A DNA stretch of 64,000 bases from Rickettsia typhi (GTDB lineage Bacteria; Pseudomonadota; Alphaproteobacteria; Rickettsiales; UBA1997), in assembly GCA_945865905.1 (NCBI GenBank), contig CAMBFC010000002.1, positions 119,505-183,504 of the forward strand, in the 5' to 3' direction. Made by a program: the position numbers and the translations under genes. Under the pieces are notes generated by a model. That model saw only the letters and a program-made list of their open reading frames with translations. It ran no database searches and had not been told where the DNA came from. Shown piece after piece: positions 49,152-58,349 of the stretch (the stretch's first letter is position 1; the number at the start of each line of letters is the position of its first letter).

Positions 49152-50168
49152 ATGAAAAACACATCTATAAAAATTTTATTTATTTTGTTGGCTCTTACAG
49201 GCTCAGCATTTGCAGCGGTAGAAAAAAAACCGCACGAAGAAAAAATGGAAATCATTTCCAAACAAATTACTACCGATGGCTTTGCTGATATAGTAGAAGA
49301 TTTATTGCCAACCACAGTCAACATTTCAACCACGCAAGAATTCAGCAATAATGGCACTGGCTTTATCATTGCAAGTGATGGCTACATTGCAACTAGCAAT
49401 CATGTAATCGAAAATGCTAACGAAATTAATGTTACTTTAAGTGACGGCTCAAAATACAAGGCAAAAGTTGTTGGTATTGATAAAAAAAGTGATCTAGCTG
49501 TTATCAAAATCAACACTGAAAAAACCCTGCCTTTTGCAAAATTTGGCGATTCTAACAAGGTAAGAATCGGTGATTGGATTATTATTATTGGCAACCCTTA
49601 CGGCCTTGGCGGGTCTGTTTCGGTTGGAATTGTATCGGCTCGTGGCCGCAGCATTAATGGCGATGTAGATCGTGATTTTATTCAAACTGATGCCGCGATC
49701 AACAAAGGAAATTCTGGCGGCCCAATGTTTAATATTAAGGGCGAAGTAATTGGAATCAACACCGCTTTATTTTCACCTTCTGGCGGCAATGTTGGCATTG
49801 GTTTTGCATCTCCCGCATCAATTGTAGCGCCACTCATCAAGCAACTTAAAGAACAAGGTGAAGTATTGCGCAGCTGGATCGGAATTTCTATTCAAGATAT
49901 TTCTAATGAAATGGCCGAAACCCTTGCTATTCCTAAATCTAAAGGCGCTCTAGTAACCGATGTTACGCCCGAAGGACCGGCAGAAAAAGCAGGCATTATC
50001 GCTTCTGATGTCATCATAAAAATTGGCAATCAAGAAATAATTGAGATGAAAACTTTGCCACAAATTATCTCGCAAACAGCAATTGGAAAAAGTGTTCCCC
50101 TTACTATTTTGCGCAACGGAAAGGCCAAAGTTCTGAGTGTAAAAGTTGCCAAAATGCCGAAGAATTAA
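49152..50168 (+). CDS. htrA: HtrA-family serine protease with a single PDZ domain
   Basis: Catalytic triad SNHV / SDLAV / GNSGGP; FIQTDAAIN; one PDZ. Confidence 0.9.
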   Translation: MKNTSIKILFILLALTGSAFAAVEKKPHEEKMEIISKQITTDGFADIVEDLLPTTVNISTTQEFSNNGTGFIIASDGYIATSNHVIENANEINVTLSDGSKYKAKVVGIDKKSDLAVIKINTEKTLPFAKFGDSNKVRIGDWIIIIGNPYGLGGSVSVGIVSARGRSINGDVDRDFIQTDAAINKGNSGGPMFNIKGEVIGINTALFSPSGGNVGIGFASPASIVAPLIKQLKEQGEVLRSWIGISIQDISNEMAETLAIPKSKGALVTDVTPEGPAEKAGIIASDVIIKIGNQEIIEMKTLPQIISQTAIGKSVPLTILRNGKAKVLSVKVAKMPKN

Positions 50169-50177
50169 GGGGTAAAA

Positions 50178-51023
50178 GTGAAACAAAAATCTTATGCTAA
50201 AATCAATCTCTTTCTTAAGCTTACAGGCAAAAGGGCTGATGGCTTTCATGAATTAGAATCTTTATTTGCTTTTCTTGATCTTGCCGATGCTTTAGAAGTT
50301 ATTTCTAGTGATAAATTTGATTTTATAATTGATGGTGAATTTGCTACAGAGCTAGATCCACAACAAAATATCATCACTAAAATTTTAGATTTTTTTGTTG
50401 ATAATTTTAAAATTTCGCACAATCTAAAAATTCATTTAACAAAAAATATTCCGGTGGGAGCCGGCTTGGGAGGTGGCTCGAGCAATGCTGCTTATTTTAT
50501 GAAAGCATTAAATAATATTTTCTCACTTAAACTAACCAAAGAAGAATTACAGAAAATTTCACTACAATTTGGTTCAGATATTGCTTTTTTCTTTGAAGAT
50601 AAGGCCAGCATTGTCAGGGGTCGCGGCGATATAATAGAAAATTATAATAATTTCAACGAAATATCCGCGCTACTAATAAATCCCAAAATTAACCTCTCTA
50701 CCAAAGAAGTTTTTGCAAAATTTGATAATCATTTTTCAACAAAAATTTTAGCGCAAGAATTGCAAAAAAAAGAGGTTTTTGATTTGATAAATAATTTTTC
50801 TAATGATCTTACTAAGCCAGCAATAACAATACTTCCCGCAATAGCAGATATTTTAAATCAACTAAAAAACCAACAAGCAAAAATTGCCAAAATGTCGGGC
50901 AGCGGCGCCAGTTGTTTTGCAATTTTTGCTGATCAAAATCAGCTAAATTTAGCGGAACAAAATTTAAGCAAATTATTTCCGAATTATTTTATTAGGCAGG
51001 TGAAAATTTTATCATGCATATAA
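50178..51023 (+). CDS. ispE: 4-diphosphocytidyl-2C-methyl-D-erythritol kinase
   Basis: AKINLFL, KNIPVGAGLGGGSSNAA, GSDIAFF, MSGSGASCF. Confidence 0.96.
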   Translation: MKQKSYAKINLFLKLTGKRADGFHELESLFAFLDLADALEVISSDKFDFIIDGEFATELDPQQNIITKILDFFVDNFKISHNLKIHLTKNIPVGAGLGGGSSNAAYFMKALNNIFSLKLTKEELQKISLQFGSDIAFFFEDKASIVRGRGDIIENYNNFNEISALLINPKINLSTKEVFAKFDNHFSTKILAQELQKKEVFDLINNFSNDLTKPAITILPAIADILNQLKNQQAKIAKMSGSGASCFAIFADQNQLNLAEQNLSKLFPNYFIRQVKILSCI

Positions 51024-51535
51024 TAAATAAAAATGAATCATCGGCAAAATCCGATAACCGAATTTACGGTCTCCAATCACTAGATCAAAAACTCACCAGC
51101 CTGCTTAAGCCAATGTTCCAAGGCAATAAAAAAGAATTTCTAATTATCAATAATTTAGTAAAAAATTGGGAAGAAATCGTCGGTAAAAAATATTCAAAAT
51201 CATGTTATCCCAAAGCAATAAATTTTAGCAAAAACCCACGCGATAGTTTTTCACAAGCTAAACTTACTATCGCGGTTCACAATTCATCAATTGGGTTTTT
51301 TTTAGAGAATAATTCAGAATTTTTGCTAGAAAAGATTGCTGCGCTTTACGGCTTTAAAGCGGTTCATAAAATCATCATTAAGCAAGAGCTCAAGCCTTCT
51401 GAAGCTATAGAAGAAGATGCAAAATTATCTCCAACGGAAGAGAAAAATCTCCAAGAAAAAATCAAAGACATCACCGATCCAGAACTAGCAAAAACCTTAG
51501 CAAGATTAGGCAGAGAAATTCTATCCAACAAATAG
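51014..51535 (+). CDS. DUF721/DciA family protein
   Basis: LVKNWEEIVG...P, LLEKIAALYGFKAVHKIIIKQ, ELAKTLARLG. Confidence 0.75.
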   Translation: MHIINKNESSAKSDNRIYGLQSLDQKLTSLLKPMFQGNKKEFLIINNLVKNWEEIVGKKYSKSCYPKAINFSKNPRDSFSQAKLTIAVHNSSIGFFLENNSEFLLEKIAALYGFKAVHKIIIKQELKPSEAIEEDAKLSPTEEKNLQEKIKDITDPELAKTLARLGREILSNK

Positions 51536-52525
51536 CTAGTTAATGGCGCGCGCCACCTCAATTGCCCCATAAGTAATAATCGCAGCAGCCCCCGCCCGCT
51601 TGCACGCAATCAAACTTTCCATCATCGCCTTCTCAAAATCAAAACTTCCCTGCATTGCAGCAAATTTTAACATCGCATATTCTCCACTAACCTGATAAGC
51701 AATCAACGGCAAATTAAAATTCTGCGAAACTTCTTTTAACACATCGAGATATGGCAAAGCAGGCTTGATAATCAACATATCCGCACCCTCAATAACATCT
51801 TGCTCAACCTCACGCAGAGCCTCGCGCCCATTGCGAAAATCCATCTGATAAGTTTTTTTATCAGAATTTTTAAGATTGCCAGCAGATCCAACCGCATGAC
51901 GAAATGGCCCATAAAAATTAGAAGCATATTTTGCCGCATAACTCATAATTGCAACATCAACAAAACCAGCCGAGTCAAGCGCTTCGCGGATCGCCAGCAC
52001 TCTACCATCCATCATATCTGATGGCGCAATAATATCACAACCAGCGCGAGCCTGCACTACAGCTTGCTCGCAAAGCAATGCAACCGTTGCATCATTCAAC
52101 ACATAACCATTTGCATCAATCACCCCATCATGGCCGTGAGAAGTGTAAGGATCTAGCGCCACATCACAAATCACCCCAATTTCTGGCACTTGTTTTTTGA
52201 TCGCAGCAACCGCGCGACACATTAAATTTTTTGCATTAAATGCCTCACGACCATCGACTGTTTTTAATTTTTGATCAATCGCAGGAAATAGCATCAAAGC
52301 AGGAATACCAAGATCTCGCGCCAATTTCGCTTGCTTCACCACCAAATCAATTGATAGACGACTAACTCCCGGAAGATGCTCAATTTTTTGCTCAACATTT
52401 TTGCCCTCAATCACAAAAATCGGCAAAATTAAATCTTGCGGCCGCAAAGCGGTTTCAGCAATCAATTCGCGCATCCATGGCGCTTTACGATTTCTTCTTA
52501 ATCTAGTCGGTAAAAAATTTTGCAT
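51536..52525 (-). CDS. hemB: Porphobilinogen synthase
   Basis: RLRR, DVALDPYTSHGHDG, APSDMMDGR, YQMD, KPALPYLD, YQVSGEY. Confidence 0.98.
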   Translation of the reverse strand: MQNFLPTRLRRNRKAPWMRELIAETALRPQDLILPIFVIEGKNVEQKIEHLPGVSRLSIDLVVKQAKLARDLGIPALMLFPAIDQKLKTVDGREAFNAKNLMCRAVAAIKKQVPEIGVICDVALDPYTSHGHDGVIDANGYVLNDATVALLCEQAVVQARAGCDIIAPSDMMDGRVLAIREALDSAGFVDVAIMSYAAKYASNFYGPFRHAVGSAGNLKNSDKKTYQMDFRNGREALREVEQDVIEGADMLIIKPALPYLDVLKEVSQNFNLPLIAYQVSGEYAMLKFAAMQGSFDFEKAMMESLIACKRAGAAAIITYGAIEVARAIN

Positions 52526-52552
52526 AAATCAATTAAAGTTTTAAAAAATGAA

Positions 52553-53134
52553 TTATATTAACGGACCACCGCCCTCTTGCCCCTTATTAGTTTCTGTGTT
52601 TTTGCGCCACTGCATCAATTTTGCCACGTGACTCAAAGTTGCTCCCGCTGCTTCATTATGTTTTGCTTGCAGATTCTTTTGCTTCGCCACATGAATAAAT
52701 CCCTGAGCTCGCGATGATTTAGAGGCATTATTTAAATCCTCCCCACCATGAATCGTTTCGCTAATTTGTTCACCTCGATCATCCCAAGCATCTTTTTCAG
52801 AAACTCCCATGTCTTGTTCGGACTCTAATCCACCAGTTTCGCGATCAAGATTTCGCTGCTGATTTCCTTCTGGTCTAACTCCATTTTGAGCTGTCTCCAA
52901 ATCTTGAACCACATGATCCAAATTAGATTTAATATCTTGAAAAACCCCCTCTCTTTTTTCCTCAGCGCCATCTTTTTTTATAAAATTTTGATCATCATCT
53001 TCATCTTTATTACCCTTTTCATCTCTAGTGCCATCACTATTCTCATCACGATTAGACAGCTTCTTATCCTCAAAAATTACATCATTTAATTTAATTTCCT
53101 CCCCTTCATTTTGCTCAATCTTATTTGCACTCAT
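52553..53134 (-). CDS. Acidic hydrophilic hypothetical protein
   Basis: 193-aa ORF rich in D/E/Q/N, with a basic C-terminal HVAKL...RK segment. Confidence 0.65.
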   Translation of the reverse strand: MSANKIEQNEGEEIKLNDVIFEDKKLSNRDENSDGTRDEKGNKDEDDDQNFIKKDGAEEKREGVFQDIKSNLDHVVQDLETAQNGVRPEGNQQRNLDRETGGLESEQDMGVSEKDAWDDRGEQISETIHGGEDLNNASKSSRAQGFIHVAKQKNLQAKHNEAAGATLSHVAKLMQWRKNTETNKGQEGGGPLI

Positions 53135-53225
53135 AAAAAATTTATTGTTAATTTTTAATAATATACTTTATTTTTTCTTTTTATAGCTGTATGAAAAGAG
53201 GGTGAAGTAAAAATATTTTTTTAAC

Positions 53226-53828
53226 ATGAAGAATCTTCCAAACATTTTAACCGGAACGCGCATTGCGATAATACCAATCTTAATATTGGTATTTTATCTT
53301 CCAAGCCTGATCACCAATGTAATAGCAGCAATTTTATTTGCCATTGCTGGCATTACCGATTATTTTGACGGCTATTTTGCCCGCAGCATGCATGCTCAAT
53401 CAAATTTTGGCAAATGCCTCGATCCCATCGCCGACAAGCTCATTGTGATCGTTGCTATTGTAATGCTAATCAGCTTTAGTAATCAAGATCCTTGGATCCT
53501 AATCCCCGGATTAATCATCATTTGTCGCGAAGTCTTGGTTTCTGGGCTGCGTGAATTCTTGGCCGACCTACGGGTTAGCATTCCCGTCAGCACTTTATCA
53601 AAATACAAAACCATGGTGCAAATGGTGGCAATCACCCTACTCTTGCTTGGCGAAAAGGGCGCTAGCTATGTGGCCTATTATTGGATTGGCGGATTTGTTA
53701 CAATTGCCGCAAAAATGATGTTTGTAACAATGGTTGTTTTAATTGGCAAAGCCTTGTTTTGCCTAGCCGCCTGCCTCACCGTTATCACTGGCTATGTTTA
53801 TTTGCGCGTTGGCCTAAAAAACATGTGA
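53226..53828 (+). CDS. pgsA: CDP-DAG:glycerol-3-phosphate phosphatidyltransferase
   Basis: NLPNILT, TDYFDGYFAR...FGKCLDPIADK, REVLVSGLRE. Confidence 0.95.
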   Translation: MKNLPNILTGTRIAIIPILILVFYLPSLITNVIAAILFAIAGITDYFDGYFARSMHAQSNFGKCLDPIADKLIVIVAIVMLISFSNQDPWILIPGLIIICREVLVSGLREFLADLRVSIPVSTLSKYKTMVQMVAITLLLLGEKGASYVAYYWIGGFVTIAAKMMFVTMVVLIGKALFCLAACLTVITGYVYLRVGLKNM

Positions 53829-54446
53829 ATCTTTGTTGCGTCTTTTGTGAATTACAACATAAACAACCACCAAAACCACACAAAAAATCATCACTCCAAT
53901 CACCAGAAAATGCAGATATTGCTTGATCAAATCTTGATTTTTACCAATAAAATATCCGAGCACCGTTAGCGTAGTCGTCCAAATTGCTGATCCCAATAAA
54001 GTATATAAACAAAAGCGCGGAAAATTCATTTTTGCAACCCCAGCAGGCAGCGAAATTAGATGCCTCACACCAGGAATGATGCGTCCAATAAAAATAGAGA
54101 TTTCGCCATGACTATTAAAAAAATTCTCGATTTTGATTATCGCCGAGGCTTTAAGAAAAAAATATTTTCCCACTTTGAATAAAATTGCCCTTCCAACTGA
54201 TGCCGCAACAAAATAGCTAAAAATTGCTCCAGCAACATTTCCTAAAACTCCAAAGATTATTGCTAGATAAAGATTCATCACCTCATGTGAAGCCGCTATC
54301 CCGGCAGGAACCATGATTAATTCGCTTGGCAATGGAAATGGCGTGCTTTCTAAAAACATGCCGACAAAAATTCCTAAATAGCCAATTTCACTAATGAAAG
54401 TTATTAAAGAAGAGACAGCAGAATCAAAAATTGCGTGTAAATCCAT
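53814..54446 (-). CDS. DedA family membrane protein
   Basis: LESTPFPLPSELIM, GRIIPGVRHLISLPAG. Confidence 0.93.
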   Translation of the reverse strand: MDLHAIFDSAVSSLITFISEIGYLGIFVGMFLESTPFPLPSELIMVPAGIAASHEVMNLYLAIIFGVLGNVAGAIFSYFVAASVGRAILFKVGKYFFLKASAIIKIENFFNSHGEISIFIGRIIPGVRHLISLPAGVAKMNFPRFCLYTLLGSAIWTTTLTVLGYFIGKNQDLIKQYLHFLVIGVMIFCVVLVVVYVVIHKRRNKDSHVF

Positions 54447-54541
54447 AAAAAATAGTAGTGATGTGATTAGTTGCGATAAGTAACACTAGTAACGCAGATA
54501 ATTGCAATAAGCAACTATTTTAATAAATTTGCTTGCAGAAT

Positions 54542-55165
54542 TCAATTAAATTGCTTAACCAGATTATTAATCTGCTGCTTAGAAAGCCTCTCAACCCTCT
54601 TGGCTTCTATGATTGCACGAATTTTATTGTAAGTGCTGTTAAGATCATCGTTAATAAGAATATAATCATATTCAGCATAATGACTGATTTCATCGCGAGC
54701 TTTTTGCATACGATTTTGCACTGTTTCTTCGGGGTCTTGGGCGCGATTGCGCAGTCGTCTTTCTAGCTCTGCCAAAGATGGTGGCAAAATAAAAATTGAA
54801 ACAATTGAATCCTTGTCAAATTTTTCTTTAATTTGACGAGCACCCTGCCAATCAATATCAAACAGCAATTCATTGCCATTTTTTAAGGCATCATCGACCA
54901 TTTCTTTTGGCGTGCCATATTGGTTATCAAAAACAGTGGCATATTCTAAAAACTCACCTTCTTCAAACATTTGCGCGAATGTTTTGCTATTTACAAAATG
55001 ATAATGCGCCCCATCAACTTCTTGCGGCCTTTTTGGTCTTGTAGTAACAGAAATTGATAGCTTGATCAGTGGATCATTTTGGATGATCATGCGGCAAAGC
55101 GTTGATTTTCCTGCTCCTGATGGCGATGAAATGATGATTAAAAATGGTTGGTGAGAAATGAACAA
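54542..55165 (-). CDS. gmk: Guanylate kinase
   Basis: SSPSGAGKST, SVTTRPKRPQE, YGTP, DIDWQGA, FILPPS. Confidence 0.97.
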   Translation of the reverse strand: MFISHQPFLIIISSPSGAGKSTLCRMIIQNDPLIKLSISVTTRPKRPQEVDGAHYHFVNSKTFAQMFEEGEFLEYATVFDNQYGTPKEMVDDALKNGNELLFDIDWQGARQIKEKFDKDSIVSIFILPPSLAELERRLRNRAQDPEETVQNRMQKARDEISHYAEYDYILINDDLNSTYNKIRAIIEAKRVERLSKQQINNLVKQFN

Positions 55166-55223
55166 TGGTTTAAAATTTGAATTATGAAATAGTTTCTATA
55201 ATGCAATATTGCGGTGAAAGATA

Positions 55224-55255
55224 TTTTGGGGAGGCAAAATAAATTGCCTCCCAAA
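55224..55255. other. GC-rich hairpin between fabI and gmk
   Basis: ttttggggaggcaa-aataaa-ttgcctcccaaaa. T-run before and A-run after, so not canonical terminator polarity. Confidence 0.6.
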
Positions 55256-55259
55256 AAAC

Positions 55260-56075
55260 TTATTCGTCTTTGGCCAAATTAATATCTGGTGCGTCAGGGG
55301 CTTTCATGCCAACCACATGATAGCCAGCATCAACATGCAAAACTTCACCAGTAACGCCTGAACCAAGCTCACTCAATAAAAATACACCAGCACCGCCCAC
55401 ATCTTTTAAATCGATGTTTCTGCGCAATGGAGCGTTATATTCGTTCCATTTAAAAATAAGTTTGAAATCGCCGATTCCACTAGCCGCCAAGGTTTTAACT
55501 GGACCAGCAGAAATTGCATTAACGCGAATATTATCCTTACCCATATCCATTGCAAGGTAACGCACGCTTGCCTCTAAGGCAGCTTTTGCAACACCCATTA
55601 CATTGTAATGTGGCACGACTTTTTCGGCGCCATAATAGCTTAGAGTGATGATGCTTCCTGCTCCAGCGGCTTTCATTAAAGGCTCTGCAGCTTTAGAAAC
55701 CACGGCTAGTGAATAAGCAGAGATGTTCATTGTGTTGGCAAAATTGCTAGCGCTTGTATCAACAAAGCGGCCGCGCAATTCTTCTTTATCAGAATATGCA
55801 ATGGCATGAACCAAAAAATCAAGTTTTCCCCATCTTTTTTCTAATTCAGCAAAAACTGCTGCAACTGAAGCTTGATCAGTAACATCACAAGGAAGGACGA
55901 TATCGGATCCAACTGAGGCAGCTAAAGGCTCTACACGCTTTTGTAAAGCTTCACCTTGAAAAGTGAAGGCTAATTCTGCACCATATTTTTTTGCTTCTTC
56001 AGCAATGCCCCAAGCAATAGAGCGGTTGTTGGCTACGCCCATGATCAGGCCTTTTTTTCCTTGTAGGATTGTCAT
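55260..56075 (-). CDS. fabI: Enoyl-ACP reductase
   Basis: GVANNRSIAWGIA, YNVMGVAKAALE, ISAGPVKTLA. Confidence 0.98.
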   Translation of the reverse strand: MTILQGKKGLIMGVANNRSIAWGIAEEAKKYGAELAFTFQGEALQKRVEPLAASVGSDIVLPCDVTDQASVAAVFAELEKRWGKLDFLVHAIAYSDKEELRGRFVDTSASNFANTMNISAYSLAVVSKAAEPLMKAAGAGSIITLSYYGAEKVVPHYNVMGVAKAALEASVRYLAMDMGKDNIRVNAISAGPVKTLAASGIGDFKLIFKWNEYNAPLRRNIDLKDVGGAGVFLLSELGSGVTGEVLHVDAGYHVVGMKAPDAPDINLAKDE

Positions 56076-56229
56076 AAGATTTTTTGTTAAATTAAAAAAT
56101 AAGTGAGGCTATTTTCACGCAAATATTTAATTTGTTAAGTAAAAAATTAATTTTATTATAATATCCATAAAAAAATAGGGTTATTTTTAGTTAGATTATC
56201 GAGTTAAAAACTATTGTAAATTATAAAAA

Positions 56230-57378
56230 ATGCAAATTTCTGAAAAAGAAGAAATTACTTCAAAATGGTTTGGGTCCTTGCGAGACAAGATCTGCGCTGA
56301 GTTTGAAAAAATTGAGGAAGATTATTTGGTGGCCAATTTTGCTGCAAAATCCCACCCCTCTCATAATAATTTAAAATTTTCAACTCCACAAAAATTTGCA
56401 CGCAAACAATGGAAACGCGCTGTTGCGGAAGATGATGTGCGTGGCAGCAATGTGAAAGATGGCGAGGATGCAAACATAAATGGAGCACAAGGTGGTGGTG
56501 GCGAAATGTCTGTGATGAAAGGTAATGTTTTTGAAAAAGTCGGCGTAAATATCTCAACAGTTTTTGGCGAGCTTTCGCAAGAATTTCGCGGGCAACTTCC
56601 CGGAACTGAAAATAGCGCAAAATTTTTTGCTACAGGCGTATCGCTGGTGGCACATATGGCCTCACCCCTAGTGCCAGCTGTTCACATGAACACGCGATTT
56701 ATTCACACCGAAAAAGAATGGTTTGGTGGTGGCGCAGATTTGAATCCGATGTTCGAGGTTGAGCAAGATACGCAGGATTTTCATCAAGCTTTTAAAAAAG
56801 CCTGCGATGCTTATGATTTAAGCCTTGGGAAGAATAATCACTTTGAGAATCCTACTCACGAAAGTATCGATCTTAAAAATTCTTCCGACCAAAATAATCA
56901 CTCCAAAAATTCTTCCTACGAAAAATTTAAGAAAGAATGCGATGAATATTTTTTTATTAAACATCGCGGTGTTTCACGCGGTGTTGGCGGGATTTTTTAT
57001 GATTATTTAAATAATGGTTTTGCTGATAAAAAATTTTCTCACCTACAAAATTCTGATGGAAATTCCGCTAATAATTCTAAAAATACAGCAGAACATTTTA
57101 CTCAAAACAACGATAAAAATTTAACAGATATATTTACTAAAGATTTTAATTTTACCAAAAATGTCGGCTTGGCATTTCTAGAAATTTTTCCAAAGCTAGT
57201 GCGCCAAAATATGCTCAAACATTGGGCAGAAGAGCAACGTGAACATCAACTAAGAAAGCGCGGATTATATGCGGAATTCAATTTAATTTACGATCGTGGC
57301 ACCAAGTTTGGCTTGATGACCGGCGGAAATGTGGAGGCGATTTTGATGTCGCTTCCACCAGTTGCGAAGTGGGATTAA
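56230..57378 (+). CDS. hemF: Oxygen-dependent coproporphyrinogen III oxidase with four loop insertions
   Basis: FEKVGVN, HMNTRF, WFGGGADL, CDEYF, RGVGGIFYD, RGLYAEFNL..DRGTKFGL, ILMSLPP. Confidence 0.95.
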   Translation: MQISEKEEITSKWFGSLRDKICAEFEKIEEDYLVANFAAKSHPSHNNLKFSTPQKFARKQWKRAVAEDDVRGSNVKDGEDANINGAQGGGGEMSVMKGNVFEKVGVNISTVFGELSQEFRGQLPGTENSAKFFATGVSLVAHMASPLVPAVHMNTRFIHTEKEWFGGGADLNPMFEVEQDTQDFHQAFKKACDAYDLSLGKNNHFENPTHESIDLKNSSDQNNHSKNSSYEKFKKECDEYFFIKHRGVSRGVGGIFYDYLNNGFADKKFSHLQNSDGNSANNSKNTAEHFTQNNDKNLTDIFTKDFNFTKNVGLAFLEIFPKLVRQNMLKHWAEEQREHQLRKRGLYAEFNLIYDRGTKFGLMTGGNVEAILMSLPPVAKWD

Positions 57379-57389
57379 TTATTAATATT

Positions 57390-58349
57390 ATGAAGAACGG
57401 AACTGCATTTTTCCACTGTGAAGCATCTCTTAAAATTGGCACTGGCCATGTAATGCGCTGCCTAACACTTGCCGAAAAACTTTTAGAAAACAATTGGAAT
57501 TGCAGCTTCATCACCTCTGAAATAAGCGTCAATCTAATTCCGAAATTACAAAATTTCTTCCACCTAAATCCCGAAGAATTTTATCAAGCACCAAAAAAAT
57601 GTGACCTCATGATATTTGATGGCTATCAAATTGAAATAAATCACGAAAAACATTTTCGTGATTTTACAAAAAAAATCTTGGTCATAGACGATTTGGCCGA
57701 TAGGAGCCACGATTGCGATATTTTAGTTGATCAGAATTTAGGAACAAAAATTGAAGACTACCAAAATTTAGTAAGTAAAAATTGTAAAATATTAACCGGA
57801 ACAAAATATTGTATTTTGCGCGAAGAATTTTCTCGACTGAGAGAAGCCGCTTTAGAAAAGCGCCTGCAAACAAAAACGCTGAAGAATATCTTGGTAAATT
57901 TTGGTGGATCAGATTTACAAAATCACACTCTAAAGGCATTGGAAGAAATAGAGAATTCTCAATTTCTTGGAAAAATAAATGCGGTACTCGGATTTAATGC
58001 GGAGCATTTACAAGCTATTCAGAATTTCTCTAAAATATCGAAAAACAACATCATGGTTCACCAGCAAGCAAATATGGCTGAATTAATCTATGAAGCAGAT
58101 TTGGCATTTGCCGCAGGAGGCACTAGCACATGGGAAAGATGCTGCCTCGGGCTTCCTACATTTTTGGTAAAAATTGCCGATAATCAGGAAAAGATTTTTA
58201 AAGAACTCGGTCAAAAGGAGGGTTTCGCAGAATTCTATAAAAAGGTGAATAGCGATTACCAAAAATATTTCAGAAAAATAAAAGACTATACTGATGGTAG
58301 TGGCGCAAACAAAGTAACAAACATAATTTATGAAACACTTATCTTATAG
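57390..58349 (+). CDS. pseG: PseG/SpsG family UDP-sugar hydrolase or glycosyltransferase-like protein
   Basis: IGTGHVMRCLTLA, IDDLADRSHDCD, NFGGSD, AGGTSTWERCCLGLP, ADNQ. Confidence 0.8.
   Translation: MKNGTAFFHCEASLKIGTGHVMRCLTLAEKLLENNWNCSFITSEISVNLIPKLQNFFHLNPEEFYQAPKKCDLMIFDGYQIEINHEKHFRDFTKKILVIDDLADRSHDCDILVDQNLGTKIEDYQNLVSKNCKILTGTKYCILREEFSRLREAALEKRLQTKTLKNILVNFGGSDLQNHTLKALEEIENSQFLGKINAVLGFNAEHLQAIQNFSKISKNNIMVHQQANMAELIYEADLAFAAGGTSTWERCCLGLPTFLVKIADNQEKIFKELGQKEGFAEFYKKVNSDYQKYFRKIKDYTDGSGANKVTNIIYETLIL

Noticed and set aside
56135-56150. Possible CtrA box in the fabI/hemF promoter region
   Set aside because: Spacing is TTAA-N8-TTAA rather than N7, in very AT-rich DNA.
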